From positions 349,070-413,069 of the forward strand of contig JADJYQ010000007.1 of assembly GCA_016719615.1 (NCBI GenBank): a stretch of 64,000 nucleotides of DNA, in the 5' to 3' direction. A model generated the notes under the pieces. It did no database searches. It was not told the DNA's origin and saw nothing but the letters and a program-made list of their open reading frames with translations. Positions 10,363 to 20,618 of this stretch are shown one piece after another (the first letter of the stretch is position 1; the number at the start of each line of letters is the position of its first letter). Both the position numbers and the translations under genes were made by a program. This DNA comes from Saprospiraceae bacterium (GTDB lineage: Bacteria; Bacteroidota; Bacteroidia; Chitinophagales; Saprospiraceae).

Positions 10363-12282
10363 TTAGTCAATAATTGTAAATTCAATTCTTCTGTTTAAAC
10401 GTCTGCCTTCTTCTGAATTATTATCCGATATCGGTTTAGATTCACCCTGACCTTTTGCTTCCAAACGATCTGCCGTGATGCCTTTGGTCAACAAATAATT
10501 CACTACTGCTTGGGCTCGATTTGTAGAAAGCAATTGATTATCTAATTCCTCACCTACATTATCCGTATGACCTTCTATTAAAATCTTTAATTTGTTGTTT
10601 GATTTCAGGATTTTATACAATGCATCTAATTCAAATTTACTTGCAGGCAACAAAACATCAGATCCGGTTTCAAAGAAAATATTCTTTAAAACGACTTGCA
10701 CATCAATGGATTCCTGTAATTTGGATAAATCGACATTTAATAGGAGCGGTCGATAAACGGATCTTGGTTCATTGCATAAAAATTGCTCTGTATATAAATT
10801 GTATAAATCATGTTGCACTTGAATAGCATAATCGGATCCTGCAGGCACTGAAAATAAAATTTGTCCCAGCACATCCGCTTTTTGAACCAGCATTAATTTT
10901 TGAGTGCTTAGGTTATATATTTTTACTTCCGCCTGCAACGGAATTTTAGTTGACTTATCCTGAATCTTGATTTTTACGTAAGTTGCAGCTACAACTTGCA
11001 TTGAAGCTGGCAATGGAATCTCATACAAGTCCAAATTCGCTTTCATCCTGTTATTTTCAAGGTATTCATGGTCACTTGCCATCCATGCAGTTTTACCATT
11101 CGGAAGAACAATCCAGGAAGATTCATCGCCAATTGAGTTTGGAGGATATCCCAAATTGTTGACCTGGCTCCAATGATTGTTTGAATCCAAGGTGCTAACA
11201 AACAAATCTTTCCCCCCCATTCCCGTATGTCCATCAGATGCAAAATACAAAGTGATGCCATTCGAATGTAGAAATGGACTCACATCATCTCCTGTTGTGT
11301 TGATGGGCTCGCCTATGTTTTTGGGTGTAGTCCATTTTCCATCTTGCTTTTTATGTGAAAACCAAATATCTGTCCCACCTAAAGTTCCCTTTCGGTTGCT
11401 TACAAAATGTAAAGTTCTTCCATTGTTTGAGATACAAGCCTGGGACTCATATGCCGGAGTATTGATTTGCTCACCAAAATTCCTGGGATTGGACCATTGG
11501 TTTCCATCCCATTCCGAAAAATATAGATCGCAGCCACCAAGTCCTTCTCTTCGGTCACAGGAAGTAAAAACCAATAATTTTCCATCAGCTGAAATAGATG
11601 GTGAGCCTTCATTTAATGGCGTATTGATCACATCCAATGGTACGGCCATCGACCAAGTTGTATCCTGTTTGATTGCATAAAAAATATCTTCATCACCTCT
11701 TGGACTTCTTCGCGTGAAGTAGGCGAGTTTTCCATCTGCTTGTATGCTAGGCATATATTCTGAAAAATCCGAGTAAAATGCCGCTATGCGTTTTTGTTGA
11801 ATCTCAAAATTATAATTCGTAGAATCAGCTGCAAATGAAATTTTCTTGTACAAAGTTTTTGCTTTGCTCAGTAAATCTATATTGGATGATTCTTTTGATA
11901 TAAAAACTTCCATGTTTGCCTTGGCACGAGCAAACCTTTCCAATTTATACTGCACTATAGCAAGGGTATAATAAACTTTAATCTTATAAAATGAATCCAA
12001 CTTTAATGCTGTTTCGAAATGTTTGGCAGCGGCTGTATAATCATTGAGCTCATAACAGACGGAAGCCAATTGAATTTGGGCATCGATAAAATCCGGAAAT
12101 TGTTGGATGATTTTGCTAAATGAATTTCGGGCCTTTTCAAGTTGGCCATTTTTATATTCTGTTTGGGCCTGGTCAAATTTTTTGCGAAACTTTGTTGATA
12201 CAGTTTCCAAACTTACCACCGCCTGAGCATCCATAGCATGTAAGTAAAGACAAGTTATCAATAAAATGAAAAGGTGTTGCAT
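10363..12282 (-). CDS. OmpA-family protein with TPR-like N-terminus, TolB-like beta-propeller repeats and C-terminal OmpA domain
   Basis: 639 aa with a signal peptide. It has repeated motifs (SISADGKLLVFTS, ISNNGRTLHFVSNR, LHSNGITLYFASD) and the C-terminal OmpA signature IEGHTDNVGEELDNQLLSTNRAQAVVNYL...RLNRRIEF. Confidence 0.85.
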   Translation of the reverse strand: MQHLFILLITCLYLHAMDAQAVVSLETVSTKFRKKFDQAQTEYKNGQLEKARNSFSKIIQQFPDFIDAQIQLASVCYELNDYTAAAKHFETALKLDSFYKIKVYYTLAIVQYKLERFARAKANMEVFISKESSNIDLLSKAKTLYKKISFAADSTNYNFEIQQKRIAAFYSDFSEYMPSIQADGKLAYFTRRSPRGDEDIFYAIKQDTTWSMAVPLDVINTPLNEGSPSISADGKLLVFTSCDRREGLGGCDLYFSEWDGNQWSNPRNFGEQINTPAYESQACISNNGRTLHFVSNRKGTLGGTDIWFSHKKQDGKWTTPKNIGEPINTTGDDVSPFLHSNGITLYFASDGHTGMGGKDLFVSTLDSNNHWSQVNNLGYPPNSIGDESSWIVLPNGKTAWMASDHEYLENNRMKANLDLYEIPLPASMQVVAATYVKIKIQDKSTKIPLQAEVKIYNLSTQKLMLVQKADVLGQILFSVPAGSDYAIQVQHDLYNLYTEQFLCNEPRSVYRPLLLNVDLSKLQESIDVQVVLKNIFFETGSDVLLPASKFELDALYKILKSNNKLKILIEGHTDNVGEELDNQLLSTNRAQAVVNYLLTKGITADRLEAKGQGESKPISDNNSEEGRRLNRRIEFTIID

Positions 12283-12329
12283 CCCATTTTTATATCAGAA
12301 CGTTTAAAGTCCTGAATCTGGTGTTTACA

Positions 12330-13406
12330 TTAAGACAGTTGAGCCAAAAATTGAGTAGCGGATGCATCGCCCAATTCTGCTGCCTTTTTAAGATCGAGAA
12401 TGTAATCTGCCTTACCGGCTGCTTTTCTGGCTAAACCACGTTGCATAAATACTTCTGCTTTGTTATTTAAATCTGCAAGTCCATTGGTTTCAAGACTTTT
12501 ATCAAAGGCATCCAGAGCTGCATCAAGTTCACCTAAGGCAAATAATGTTTTACCATAGTTGAACCAGGTTTTTGAAATATGTTTGAAGTTAGGATCAGTT
12601 TCCGGAAATTTTCGGGCAACTAACAGTTTATATTCAAATTTCGCGAGCTCAAACGCTTTCATTTCAAGATGACAATTTCCTTTGGCGCGTCTTGATGCCC
12701 AATGCAAAGGTTGAAGCGCGATAGAATGCTTCATTGATTGCTCAAAACTTTCCAAGGCAGCCGGATAATCATTTTTAACCATGAGAGTGCGACCAATACC
12801 ATAATGCGAAGATGCATTCATATTGTCAATGGCAACAGATTTTTTAAAATCATAGAGCGCGTCTTCGTAATTTTTCAAATGAAAATTTACATACCCTCTA
12901 ATTTCGTATGCCTGTGAATGTCTGTTGTATTTTTCAATAGCGTCTGTCAATAATTGAATAGCCTCAAGTTCCTTACCTGTTTGTTCAGCAAGTTTTTTAC
13001 CTTCCAGGTATAACATCACAGATGACTTTTCTCCTTTGGGCTCAATATGTACATGTTGCAAAATAGTGCCATTGTCTGCCATCCATGCATTCAGGCTACC
13101 TGAAGCAGAAAATTGCGCACAATATTCCAATAAGCTGACTGTGTTTTTCCAGATTTTTTCGGAAGTTGTACCAATAAAACGATTAATGGTCAAACTAAAA
13201 TCTTCGGGTACAAACAACTGTTCGGTTGTTTTAAACAATAGTTCTTTTTTGTAAAGAACCTCAGATTTTTGTTCAAATAATTGGATGACTTTTTGGTAAG
13301 ACTTTTCATTTCCAAACTCAAACTTTCCCTGAACGATGACTTTAAAAAAATTGCCTGGAAGCATAGCTTTGTATAATTGTTGTCGGTTTGCCAATGACAA
13401 ACTCAA
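12330..13406 (-). CDS. Tetratricopeptide-repeat protein
   Basis: 358 aa. The C-terminal 220 aa show repeated A..Y..A/G...P 34-residue helical patterns (AIEKYNRHSQAYEIRGYVNFHLKNYEDALYDFKKSVAID...). The N-terminal 130 aa are unassigned. Confidence 0.7.
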   Translation of the reverse strand: MSLSLANRQQLYKAMLPGNFFKVIVQGKFEFGNEKSYQKVIQLFEQKSEVLYKKELLFKTTEQLFVPEDFSLTINRFIGTTSEKIWKNTVSLLEYCAQFSASGSLNAWMADNGTILQHVHIEPKGEKSSVMLYLEGKKLAEQTGKELEAIQLLTDAIEKYNRHSQAYEIRGYVNFHLKNYEDALYDFKKSVAIDNMNASSHYGIGRTLMVKNDYPAALESFEQSMKHSIALQPLHWASRRAKGNCHLEMKAFELAKFEYKLLVARKFPETDPNFKHISKTWFNYGKTLFALGELDAALDAFDKSLETNGLADLNNKAEVFMQRGLARKAAGKADYILDLKKAAELGDASATQFLAQLS

Positions 13407-13752
13407 TTTTTGAATACTCGTAAAGGCTTCGCTTTTCTACATTGTTGTTGACAATGTTCGGTATCGAATAATAAAAAATATGTATTATCCTGATTATAAA
13501 GCCAACTACAAAGTTCAGAAGATTTCTTGAGAAAATTTTATAAATCGCTCAAAATCAAAGAATTAAATTTTTACAATACATACATATCTGGTTTATTGAT
13601 GATTACATATTCAATTTTTTATGCTTTAAAAATTATTAACCGGGCTCCGACAATATACGTTACAATTCAATCTAACATACTGCCAATCAAGCGGGTAGCT
13701 CTATGCCCGAATCTTACCCTAAAAGTTTTATAAAATTGTGAATTTCCGATCT

Positions 13753-14783
13753 TTAAATCCATACTTTGGTCCCCTCTGTACAGTTTTTACATATATCAAT
13801 ATTTTTCCTTGATTTCAATAAATGCTGTCTAAAGTCTTTATAGGTTTTATTCTTCCATATCTCACCAAATTCTTCTGATTGCACGTTTCCCATAACATGT
13901 TGTGCATCCTTATCAAAACAACAGGGAACAACCCTTCCATCCCAGGTAATCACCGGGGCATTCCACAATCGCCAGCAGTGGTTCATCAATTTATTTTTAA
14001 TTTTATATTGGCCATCTTTTTGTTTTTGATACCTTGAATAAACTTCTGACTCCGGAATCAATTCAGACCCTCCTGAATAATCATAAATCTGTGCTGTTTT
14101 AAAAGAATTTCATCACATCCCAATTCTTTTGACAACTTTTTTGCATCCAACATTTGATGAACATTCTTCTTCACGACTAAAAATTGGAAAATGATATAGG
14201 GCGTTTGGCTGGAAAGCTTGGATTTAGCTTCTACCAAATTCTTTATTCCGTTTATCACTTTATCCAATTGTCCGCCAACCCTGTATTGCTGGTATGTTTC
14301 CTGACTGGTTCCATCAACAGAAATAATGAGTTGATCCAGTCCCGAATGAACAATTTCTTCCGACACTGAAGGCGATAAAAAATGACCGTTTGTTGAAGTG
14401 GATGTAAATATTCCAGCCCGATGCGCTTGAAAAATTGCTGTGCATATTTCAGGATGCAAAAATGGTTCTCCCTGAAAATAAAAATTAAGAATCCAAAGCT
14501 GCGGATACAAATTAACCATCCACTGATGATAAGATTCCAAACTCAGATGTCCTGTCGGTCTTTGGAAGGATCTCAATCCTGAAGGGCATTGCGGACAACG
14601 CAAATTACAAGCAGTTGTTGGCTCTATAGAAATGGAAACTGGCAAACCCCACTGTACAGGTTTTCCCAGTATCCTTGAAATATAATAGGAAACAAAGACC
14701 AAACTAAAATTCCACAATCGCTTTAAACTCGCTTTTCGAATGATACGCAAAAAAAGTGGAATGGTCACAACTGGTGTTTTCAC
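13753..14783 (-). pseudogene. Radical SAM / SPASM-domain protein split by a single frame change (or assembly indel)
   Basis: ORF 14058..14783 carries the CNLRCPQCPSG radical-SAM cluster. ORF 13753..14061 carries the SPASM cysteines (VVPCCFD...ICKNC). The second frame reads KTAQIYDYSGGSELIPESE straight across the first ORF's stop and is itself closed by TGA TGA just upstream. The join therefore has to be in the T4/A4 run at 14097-14104. Confidence 0.8.
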
Positions 14784-14984
14784 AAAGTTAAACGAACGAG
14801 TTATGAAAAAAGCATTTATATTTTATATAGTCAAGCTCTTTACAAACTCCCCGCTGAACACCTCGGCAAAATATTAAATGAAATAAAAAATAATGCATAT
14901 TAAATTCAGAATCGCGAAACCCCCGATTTCATATCGTCAGATTATCGTTTGTTTATTACTTTGCATCGATTTTGCGAAAATTCT

Positions 14985-15563
14985 ATGAAATATCTTATTG
15001 CAGGCTTAGGAAATATGGACAAAGACTACTTCGGTACACGGCACAATATTGGATTTGATGTAGTCGATGAAATGGCCACAAAACTTCAAGCCAGTTTTTC
15101 AACAGGCAGTTTAGCTCATTTTGCACAGTCGTCCTATAAAGGAAGAAAATTGATCCTGATCAAACCCACTACCTACATGAATCTGAGCGGTAAGGCCATT
15201 AAATACTGGATGACAAAGGAAAACATAACTCTGGACCATCTCTTCGTAATTTTAGATGATTTAAACCTCCCTTATGGGAAAATTCGAATTCGCCCCAATG
15301 GTTCAGATGGTGGGCATAATGGCTTAAAAGACATCCAACAAAATCTCGAAAGTAATCAATATGCCAGATTGCGGGTTGGAATTGGCAATACTTTTTCTAA
15401 AGGCAAACAAGTTGATTTTGTTTTGGGCAAATGGAATCAAGACGAACTGAAGCACTTTGATAAAATAAAAACACTGGCTGCTGAAGCTTCACTTTCTTTT
15501 TGTTTTGCAGGTTTACAAAACACCATGAATATTTTTAATGCCAAGTCAATAGAAGAATTGTAA
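14985..15563 (+). CDS. pth: Peptidyl-tRNA hydrolase
   Basis: Track ORF 14949..15563. The canonical start is MKYLIAGLGN at 14985. Conserved motifs are TRHNIGF, KPTTYMNLSG and GHNGLKDI. Confidence 0.93.
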   Translation: MKYLIAGLGNMDKDYFGTRHNIGFDVVDEMATKLQASFSTGSLAHFAQSSYKGRKLILIKPTTYMNLSGKAIKYWMTKENITLDHLFVILDDLNLPYGKIRIRPNGSDGGHNGLKDIQQNLESNQYARLRVGIGNTFSKGKQVDFVLGKWNQDELKHFDKIKTLAAEASLSFCFAGLQNTMNIFNAKSIEEL

Positions 15564-16625
15564 TCCTTCTGATTTCATCATCAGGTTCAAACTCATTCAA
15601 GAATTATGGCTTTGAATATAAAGAAGCTGCTGTTTTATTAGAAAAGACGGTAATCCTTTTTTAAAATTTCAAACAAATCAAAGATGGTTTGATTTATTTT
15701 ATGACCATCTATAACATGAAGATTCTCCAATAAAGCGCTCCATTTTGCGAAGCCAAAAAGGAATATACATTAGATCTGCACGGCCCAACATGTTTGATAA
15801 TATTCAAACTATTGATACTTTTTTTTCTGAATGATTTTACTAACATTAAAAATTTATCTTTTAGCATTGCAAGCCAAACGGAACTTGAAATGCAGTTTTC
15901 AAACTACTTTTCTATAACTTATCAATATCACCTATGATTGTCTTTCATTTTTTACATTAGTTTCTAACGAACGTTAGTTTTTGCTATATAATTGCCTGGA
16001 AACGTACATAAAATTAATTACCCCCATATACTCAGAACATACAACGGCATTGTGTTTAGAAAACAGAAAAAACTTTTATCTCATTATTTTTAAGTGACTT
16101 GATCATTTAAAAATAATGGCATCAAATGAAGTTTAAATTCAACCGAAACAAGCATAGGTCTTAAATAATGGAAGCAGCCAAAAATAGCTGCTTCCACTAT
16201 GGCAAATCACAAAACAAATGAAAAGCTTTATAAACCAAAATCAAAAAAAATCTCAGCTATACACATTCAATAGGACATATCAGGAAGGAATCATTTTAAA
16301 CATGCATCCAATTCCTTTCAAATGTTGCACAAAAGATCTTTGGAGTTTCATCTAAAAAGCTAAGACTAAGGGACAAAACCGAATACCGAAGGTCCAAGCT
16401 ATTCATCATTTAACATAGTCTTTCGCGTTCACTCACCTTTGTGGCAAACACTTGACACTTTTAGGATAAACTCGATTGTTATAAAGTCTTCAAGGAGTTT
16501 CTATTTTAAATTGAGTATTCATTACTTTTCAAGCATTTTTTTTCCGAAAATATTGAACAGAGGATTTCCTTTTAAATTGAATAGATGATTTGTTGAAAAA
16601 CAATGCTATTGGGGCATACCGTTGC

Positions 16626-17222
16626 CTAAAGATTTTTGCAACAAGCATAATATCCCGTTTCGCATTTAACTCCACATTTCATTTGAATCCCGGACCCAAC
16701 CAATGTCCCGCCGTGTTCAATAGTGCATTCTGTTGATCCCTTTCCTCCATGGTCGCAATTTGATTTGTCAGTATTTGCTTTGCATTTACAACTGACCTCT
16801 TCTACGTCAGGATCCGACAGTGGACCACCATTTCCATAGAAGAATGGATAAACTTCGGGGCCACTTACCTTGGTCAAACCATAACCCGAATAATGCGCCG
16901 TTACATCCGGCCCAACAGACCACCGAATTGTTTTACCAGACACCAGTTCGATGATCAGTCCGTTGAAAACTTCACGTACCGCATGTAATTTAAGATTTTG
17001 TTGAAATAAGTGCTTGGACTGCGTATACAAAACAAAAATAGCCTCACTCGAAGTCCCTTGTGATTTTAACAGGACAACATAACCATTGCCACCTATCATA
17101 TGGTAATCCATTGATTCGGATCGGGTCATTAAACTATCAGTTTTTGCAAATTCACGCTCAGAATCGCAAGAAAGTATTGGACATAATGTTGCCATTAATA
17201 ATATAAGCTTAATAAATTTCAT
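16626..17222 (-). CDS. Secreted lipoprotein with C-terminal 8-cysteine module, unknown family (paralog 2)
   Basis: 198 aa. It has a lipobox-like LCPILSC. The C-terminus CKCKANTDKSNCDHGGKGSTECTIEHGGTLVGSGIQMKCGVKCETGYYACCKNL is alignable to the upstream paralog. Confidence 0.7.
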   Translation of the reverse strand: MKFIKLILLMATLCPILSCDSEREFAKTDSLMTRSESMDYHMIGGNGYVVLLKSQGTSSEAIFVLYTQSKHLFQQNLKLHAVREVFNGLIIELVSGKTIRWSVGPDVTAHYSGYGLTKVSGPEVYPFFYGNGGPLSDPDVEEVSCKCKANTDKSNCDHGGKGSTECTIEHGGTLVGSGIQMKCGVKCETGYYACCKNL

Positions 17223-17262
17223 GTTTTAAATTTAGATGATTAAAAAATAATTGAATTTCTGA

Positions 17263-17868
17263 TCATACACTTTTGCAACAAGCATAAAAACCAGATGAAC
17301 ATTTTACACTGCATTTTTCCTGGATACCAGTCCCGGCTCCGGTAGCAGAACCGGAAATATTGCAATCTGGAGACCCCTTACCTCCGGCATCGCATTTTTC
17401 ACTAGTTGAATTAGTATAGCATTTGCATTTAATATATTCAACTTCCGGCTCATCCAAAATTCCATTCTGGTTATAAAACAACTTGTGATGATAGGCGCCG
17501 CTAACTTTTGATAAACTGTTTCCGAAAAAATCTGCACGGTCTTTACTTTGAATTGAAAGTTTTATAGATTGTCCATCCACCAACCTTAATTCTATGCCAT
17601 TTTGTGTTTCATCAATGCTGGCAAGTTCTAAGGACTTTGTGAAATTTTCTTTAAAGTCCCTTCTTAGAATGTATACATCATCATTTGTTGTAGCATCATT
17701 TTTTAATAACAACAAATAGTGATCAATGGCCCGAAGCGTGTATGGCTCCGATGATAAATGGAGAAGCTCATGTGTGTTTTTTCCGCTCGGTACATCTTCG
17801 TCGCAAGCTATAAATAGCAAACATGACCAAAATAAAATGGAATACAATGTGTGTCTCATCTTGTTCAT
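17263..17868 (-). CDS. Secreted lipoprotein with C-terminal 8-cysteine module, unknown family (paralog 1)
   Basis: 201 aa. It has a lipobox-like LLFIAC. The C-terminus is CKCYTNSTSEKCDAGGKGSPDCNISGSATGAGTGIQEKCSVKCSSGFYACCKSV. The same cysteine spacing in both copies argues for real coding sequence. Confidence 0.7.
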   Translation of the reverse strand: MNKMRHTLYSILFWSCLLFIACDEDVPSGKNTHELLHLSSEPYTLRAIDHYLLLLKNDATTNDDVYILRRDFKENFTKSLELASIDETQNGIELRLVDGQSIKLSIQSKDRADFFGNSLSKVSGAYHHKLFYNQNGILDEPEVEYIKCKCYTNSTSEKCDAGGKGSPDCNISGSATGAGTGIQEKCSVKCSSGFYACCKSV

Positions 17869-18382
17869 TTAACTGGGTGTATAATCGTCCTTTTTCACGC
17901 AGTTGGACAGCTGCGTCTGAATTTACTATGCATAGAATTTTCAGAACAGGAGCAAAACAAACATTGCATACTTTACATAACAAATTATTTGAATGAAATC
18001 TAAGCTGTTATTTATTCAATGAGGCCATCAAATGATTTAATGAAATTCAAAAGGAAAATTTTCAAAATGCACACATTGGAATGCTTGTCTAGACTTCATT
18101 AATAGAAAGCCAAATTCCTTGAGGAGGATAGCAGGCTGTTGACCTATTTAAAATATCGAATCATGGCTAAATCATCAAAAAAGCTTCAGCCTTTGACTTG
18201 GGCCCTTTTTAGTTTGAGGAACTGCTGGTTATTCCACTGATTTTTGGCAAAGGGCAGATTTTCAAAATTTTACAATAAAAATAAATGGGAATCCTATTAC
18301 CTTTGCAAACCTTAAAAAAATGCTTTTTAAGCTGGTTTTTTACATCTAATTATTTGAACATCAATATATTAAAGATTCGATT

Positions 18383-20509
18383 ATGGGAATGATTGCTAGT
18401 ATCCGTAAACGTTTGTGGGTTGTAACTGTACTTATGGCCCTCGCACTTGTAGGTTTTATTGTGATGGATATGACATCCGGAGGGTCTGCTTCTTTATTCA
18501 ATAATCCAGATTCTGTAGGTAAAGCAGCTGGTCAGGATTTGAGTTGGAGAGAATTTCAGAATACTGAACGCGTTTTATATGCCAATTCAGAAGTTGACTA
18601 CTTTGGACGAAAAGATTATCTCTGGAACCAGTTTGTGGAAAAAAGTATCCTGGAAGCTGAGGCAAAACATACCGGCACAGGCATCAGTGAAGGCGAAATG
18701 CAGGAATTGCAGTTCGGTTACAATTTATCACCTATCATTCAGCGGAATTTTACGGACCCAAATACCGGCGCGATCAATCGCGAACAATTAAACGTTTTTA
18801 AACAAGGCCTTGAGGATGAAAGTCTTGACCCCAGACTTAAGGACTTTTGGTTGGTCCAGGAAAAAGAAGTGAATAAAGACCGCATGCACTCGAAATTAAA
18901 CAACCTCGTTGCTAAATCTCTGTACATGCCCAATTTTATGGTCGAACGCAACCAATACGAAAGTAACTACAGACTTGATTTTGCCTATGGAGTGATTCCT
19001 TACAACGCCATCGATGAGGAGGAAATAAAAATAGAAGAAAGTGATTATGAAGCGATGCGTAAGGAAAAGGAAGCGTCCATTCGCACAGAAGAAGAAACCC
19101 GTACCGTTAAATTGGCAATTCTGGAAATTATCCCAACGTCCGAAGATAGTGCAACACTAAGAGAAGCAATAGCCTCTAAAATAGATGCTTTTCAAACGAG
19201 TACCAACGATTCCAGTTTTATTATCAGCAATTTAGGTACTTGGGAAGATGCATACAAACAAGCTTTTGAGTTAAATCCGGCCATTCAGGATACACTTTTC
19301 AAAATTCCGGTGGGTTCTGTTTATGGCCCTTACATTGACAATGGAGAATACAGGATTTCAAAAGTCCTGAACAGAAAAGCAATTCCTGATTCTGTAAAAG
19401 CAAGCCATATTCTCATCCGTGTTCAAACAAGAGAACAATACTTATCTGCAGTGAGCTTATTGGATAGCATTTCCAATTTAGTAAAAAATGGTACTTCAGG
19501 TTTTGATTCACTTGCCATGAAATTTAGCCAAGATCAAGGATCAGCTATAAAAGGTGGCGATTTAGGATATACCACAAAAGGCAAAATGGTCAAACCATTT
19601 AATGATGCTATTTTTTATCAAATGAAAAAAGGTGAACTCAAAATTGTACTCTCACAATTTGGATTACACCTAATATATTTGGAAGATGCTGCTTACAATA
19701 ATAACACCATAGAAGTGCATCTTGGAACCATAGGCGAAACAATTCTCCCGGGTGAACAAGTTGCCAATAGTTTATACGATTATGCCCAAACGCTGATTCA
19801 GGAAAACAGAACACTTTCAGCTTTAGAAGAAGCGCTCAATAAAGAAGGAAAATACAAATTGGAAGTTGCCGGAAATTTATTTGAAAATACTTATCAAATT
19901 GCTACGATCGGGGCTTTTTCAAATAATACTGCCAGAGATATTGTGCGCTGGGCATTTGCAAAATCTACCAATGAAGGGGATGTAAGCCCAGAAGTTTATA
20001 GTATTCAGGAAGAAGTCAAAAAGTACACTCACAAATATGTCATTGCTGGTTTGTCAGAAATTGTTCCAAAGGGTATAGCTTCGATTGAACCATTCCGCAA
20101 TCAGTTTAAGAATGAAATCCTCAAGCGCAAACGCTATGAGAAGATCAAAAATAAAATAGGAAATGTTACGGATCTTACTCTTGTCCTCGGCGAATACACT
20201 TTAAATACAATAGATACTGCAATTAATATTTCTCCATTTAGCGGTTATATTACAAATTATGGAGAAGAATCAAAAGTCATTTCGAATCTCACAAAATTGG
20301 AAGAAGGTCAGACTTCACAGCCGCTTATGGGCGAAAAGGGTGTTTTCGTTTGTAAAGTTCTTAAGAAAAACATTCCTCCACCTTTAGCAAATCTCGATGC
20401 CTTCCGTGCGTTTTATGTGCATCCTGCGAAAAATGTAGTCATGAATTATATCATGCCTTCTCTCAAAAAGAAATATAAGGTTGCCGATAATAGGAGCAAA
20501 TTTTTCTAG
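18383..20509 (+). CDS. ppiD: Membrane-anchored periplasmic chaperone / peptidyl-prolyl isomerase, PpiD-like
   Basis: 708 aa. The N-terminus MGMIASIRKRLWVVTVLMALALVGF is a PpiD-style anchor. A parvulin segment is present (ASHILIRV...GGDLGYTTKGKMVKPFNDAIF). Confidence 0.8.
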   Translation: MGMIASIRKRLWVVTVLMALALVGFIVMDMTSGGSASLFNNPDSVGKAAGQDLSWREFQNTERVLYANSEVDYFGRKDYLWNQFVEKSILEAEAKHTGTGISEGEMQELQFGYNLSPIIQRNFTDPNTGAINREQLNVFKQGLEDESLDPRLKDFWLVQEKEVNKDRMHSKLNNLVAKSLYMPNFMVERNQYESNYRLDFAYGVIPYNAIDEEEIKIEESDYEAMRKEKEASIRTEEETRTVKLAILEIIPTSEDSATLREAIASKIDAFQTSTNDSSFIISNLGTWEDAYKQAFELNPAIQDTLFKIPVGSVYGPYIDNGEYRISKVLNRKAIPDSVKASHILIRVQTREQYLSAVSLLDSISNLVKNGTSGFDSLAMKFSQDQGSAIKGGDLGYTTKGKMVKPFNDAIFYQMKKGELKIVLSQFGLHLIYLEDAAYNNNTIEVHLGTIGETILPGEQVANSLYDYAQTLIQENRTLSALEEALNKEGKYKLEVAGNLFENTYQIATIGAFSNNTARDIVRWAFAKSTNEGDVSPEVYSIQEEVKKYTHKYVIAGLSEIVPKGIASIEPFRNQFKNEILKRKRYEKIKNKIGNVTDLTLVLGEYTLNTIDTAINISPFSGYITNYGEESKVISNLTKLEEGQTSQPLMGEKGVFVCKVLKKNIPPPLANLDAFRAFYVHPAKNVVMNYIMPSLKKKYKVADNRSKFF

Positions 20510-20539
20510 TTTTGTCAACTCATTAAAATGAACATTTGA

Positions 20540-20572
20540 AGCCCGGGTACATAGTGTCCGGGCTTTTTTTTT
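20540..20572 (+). terminator. Rho-independent terminator after ppiD
   Basis: Stem AGCCCGG (20540-20546) pairs with CCGGGCT (20558-20564), followed by a T9 run. It lies 31 nt after the ppiD stop. Confidence 0.8.
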
Positions 20573-20618
20573 GATGCCCACTCAACAATGATATCGGTTT
20601 TTTATCGTTATAGCCATT

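Noticed and set aside
13527-13733. 68-aa plus-strand ORF in the spacer between the TPR gene and the SPASM gene.
   Set aside because: It starts at a non-ATG codon, has an Ile/Leu/Tyr-rich AT-driven composition, and has no motif.
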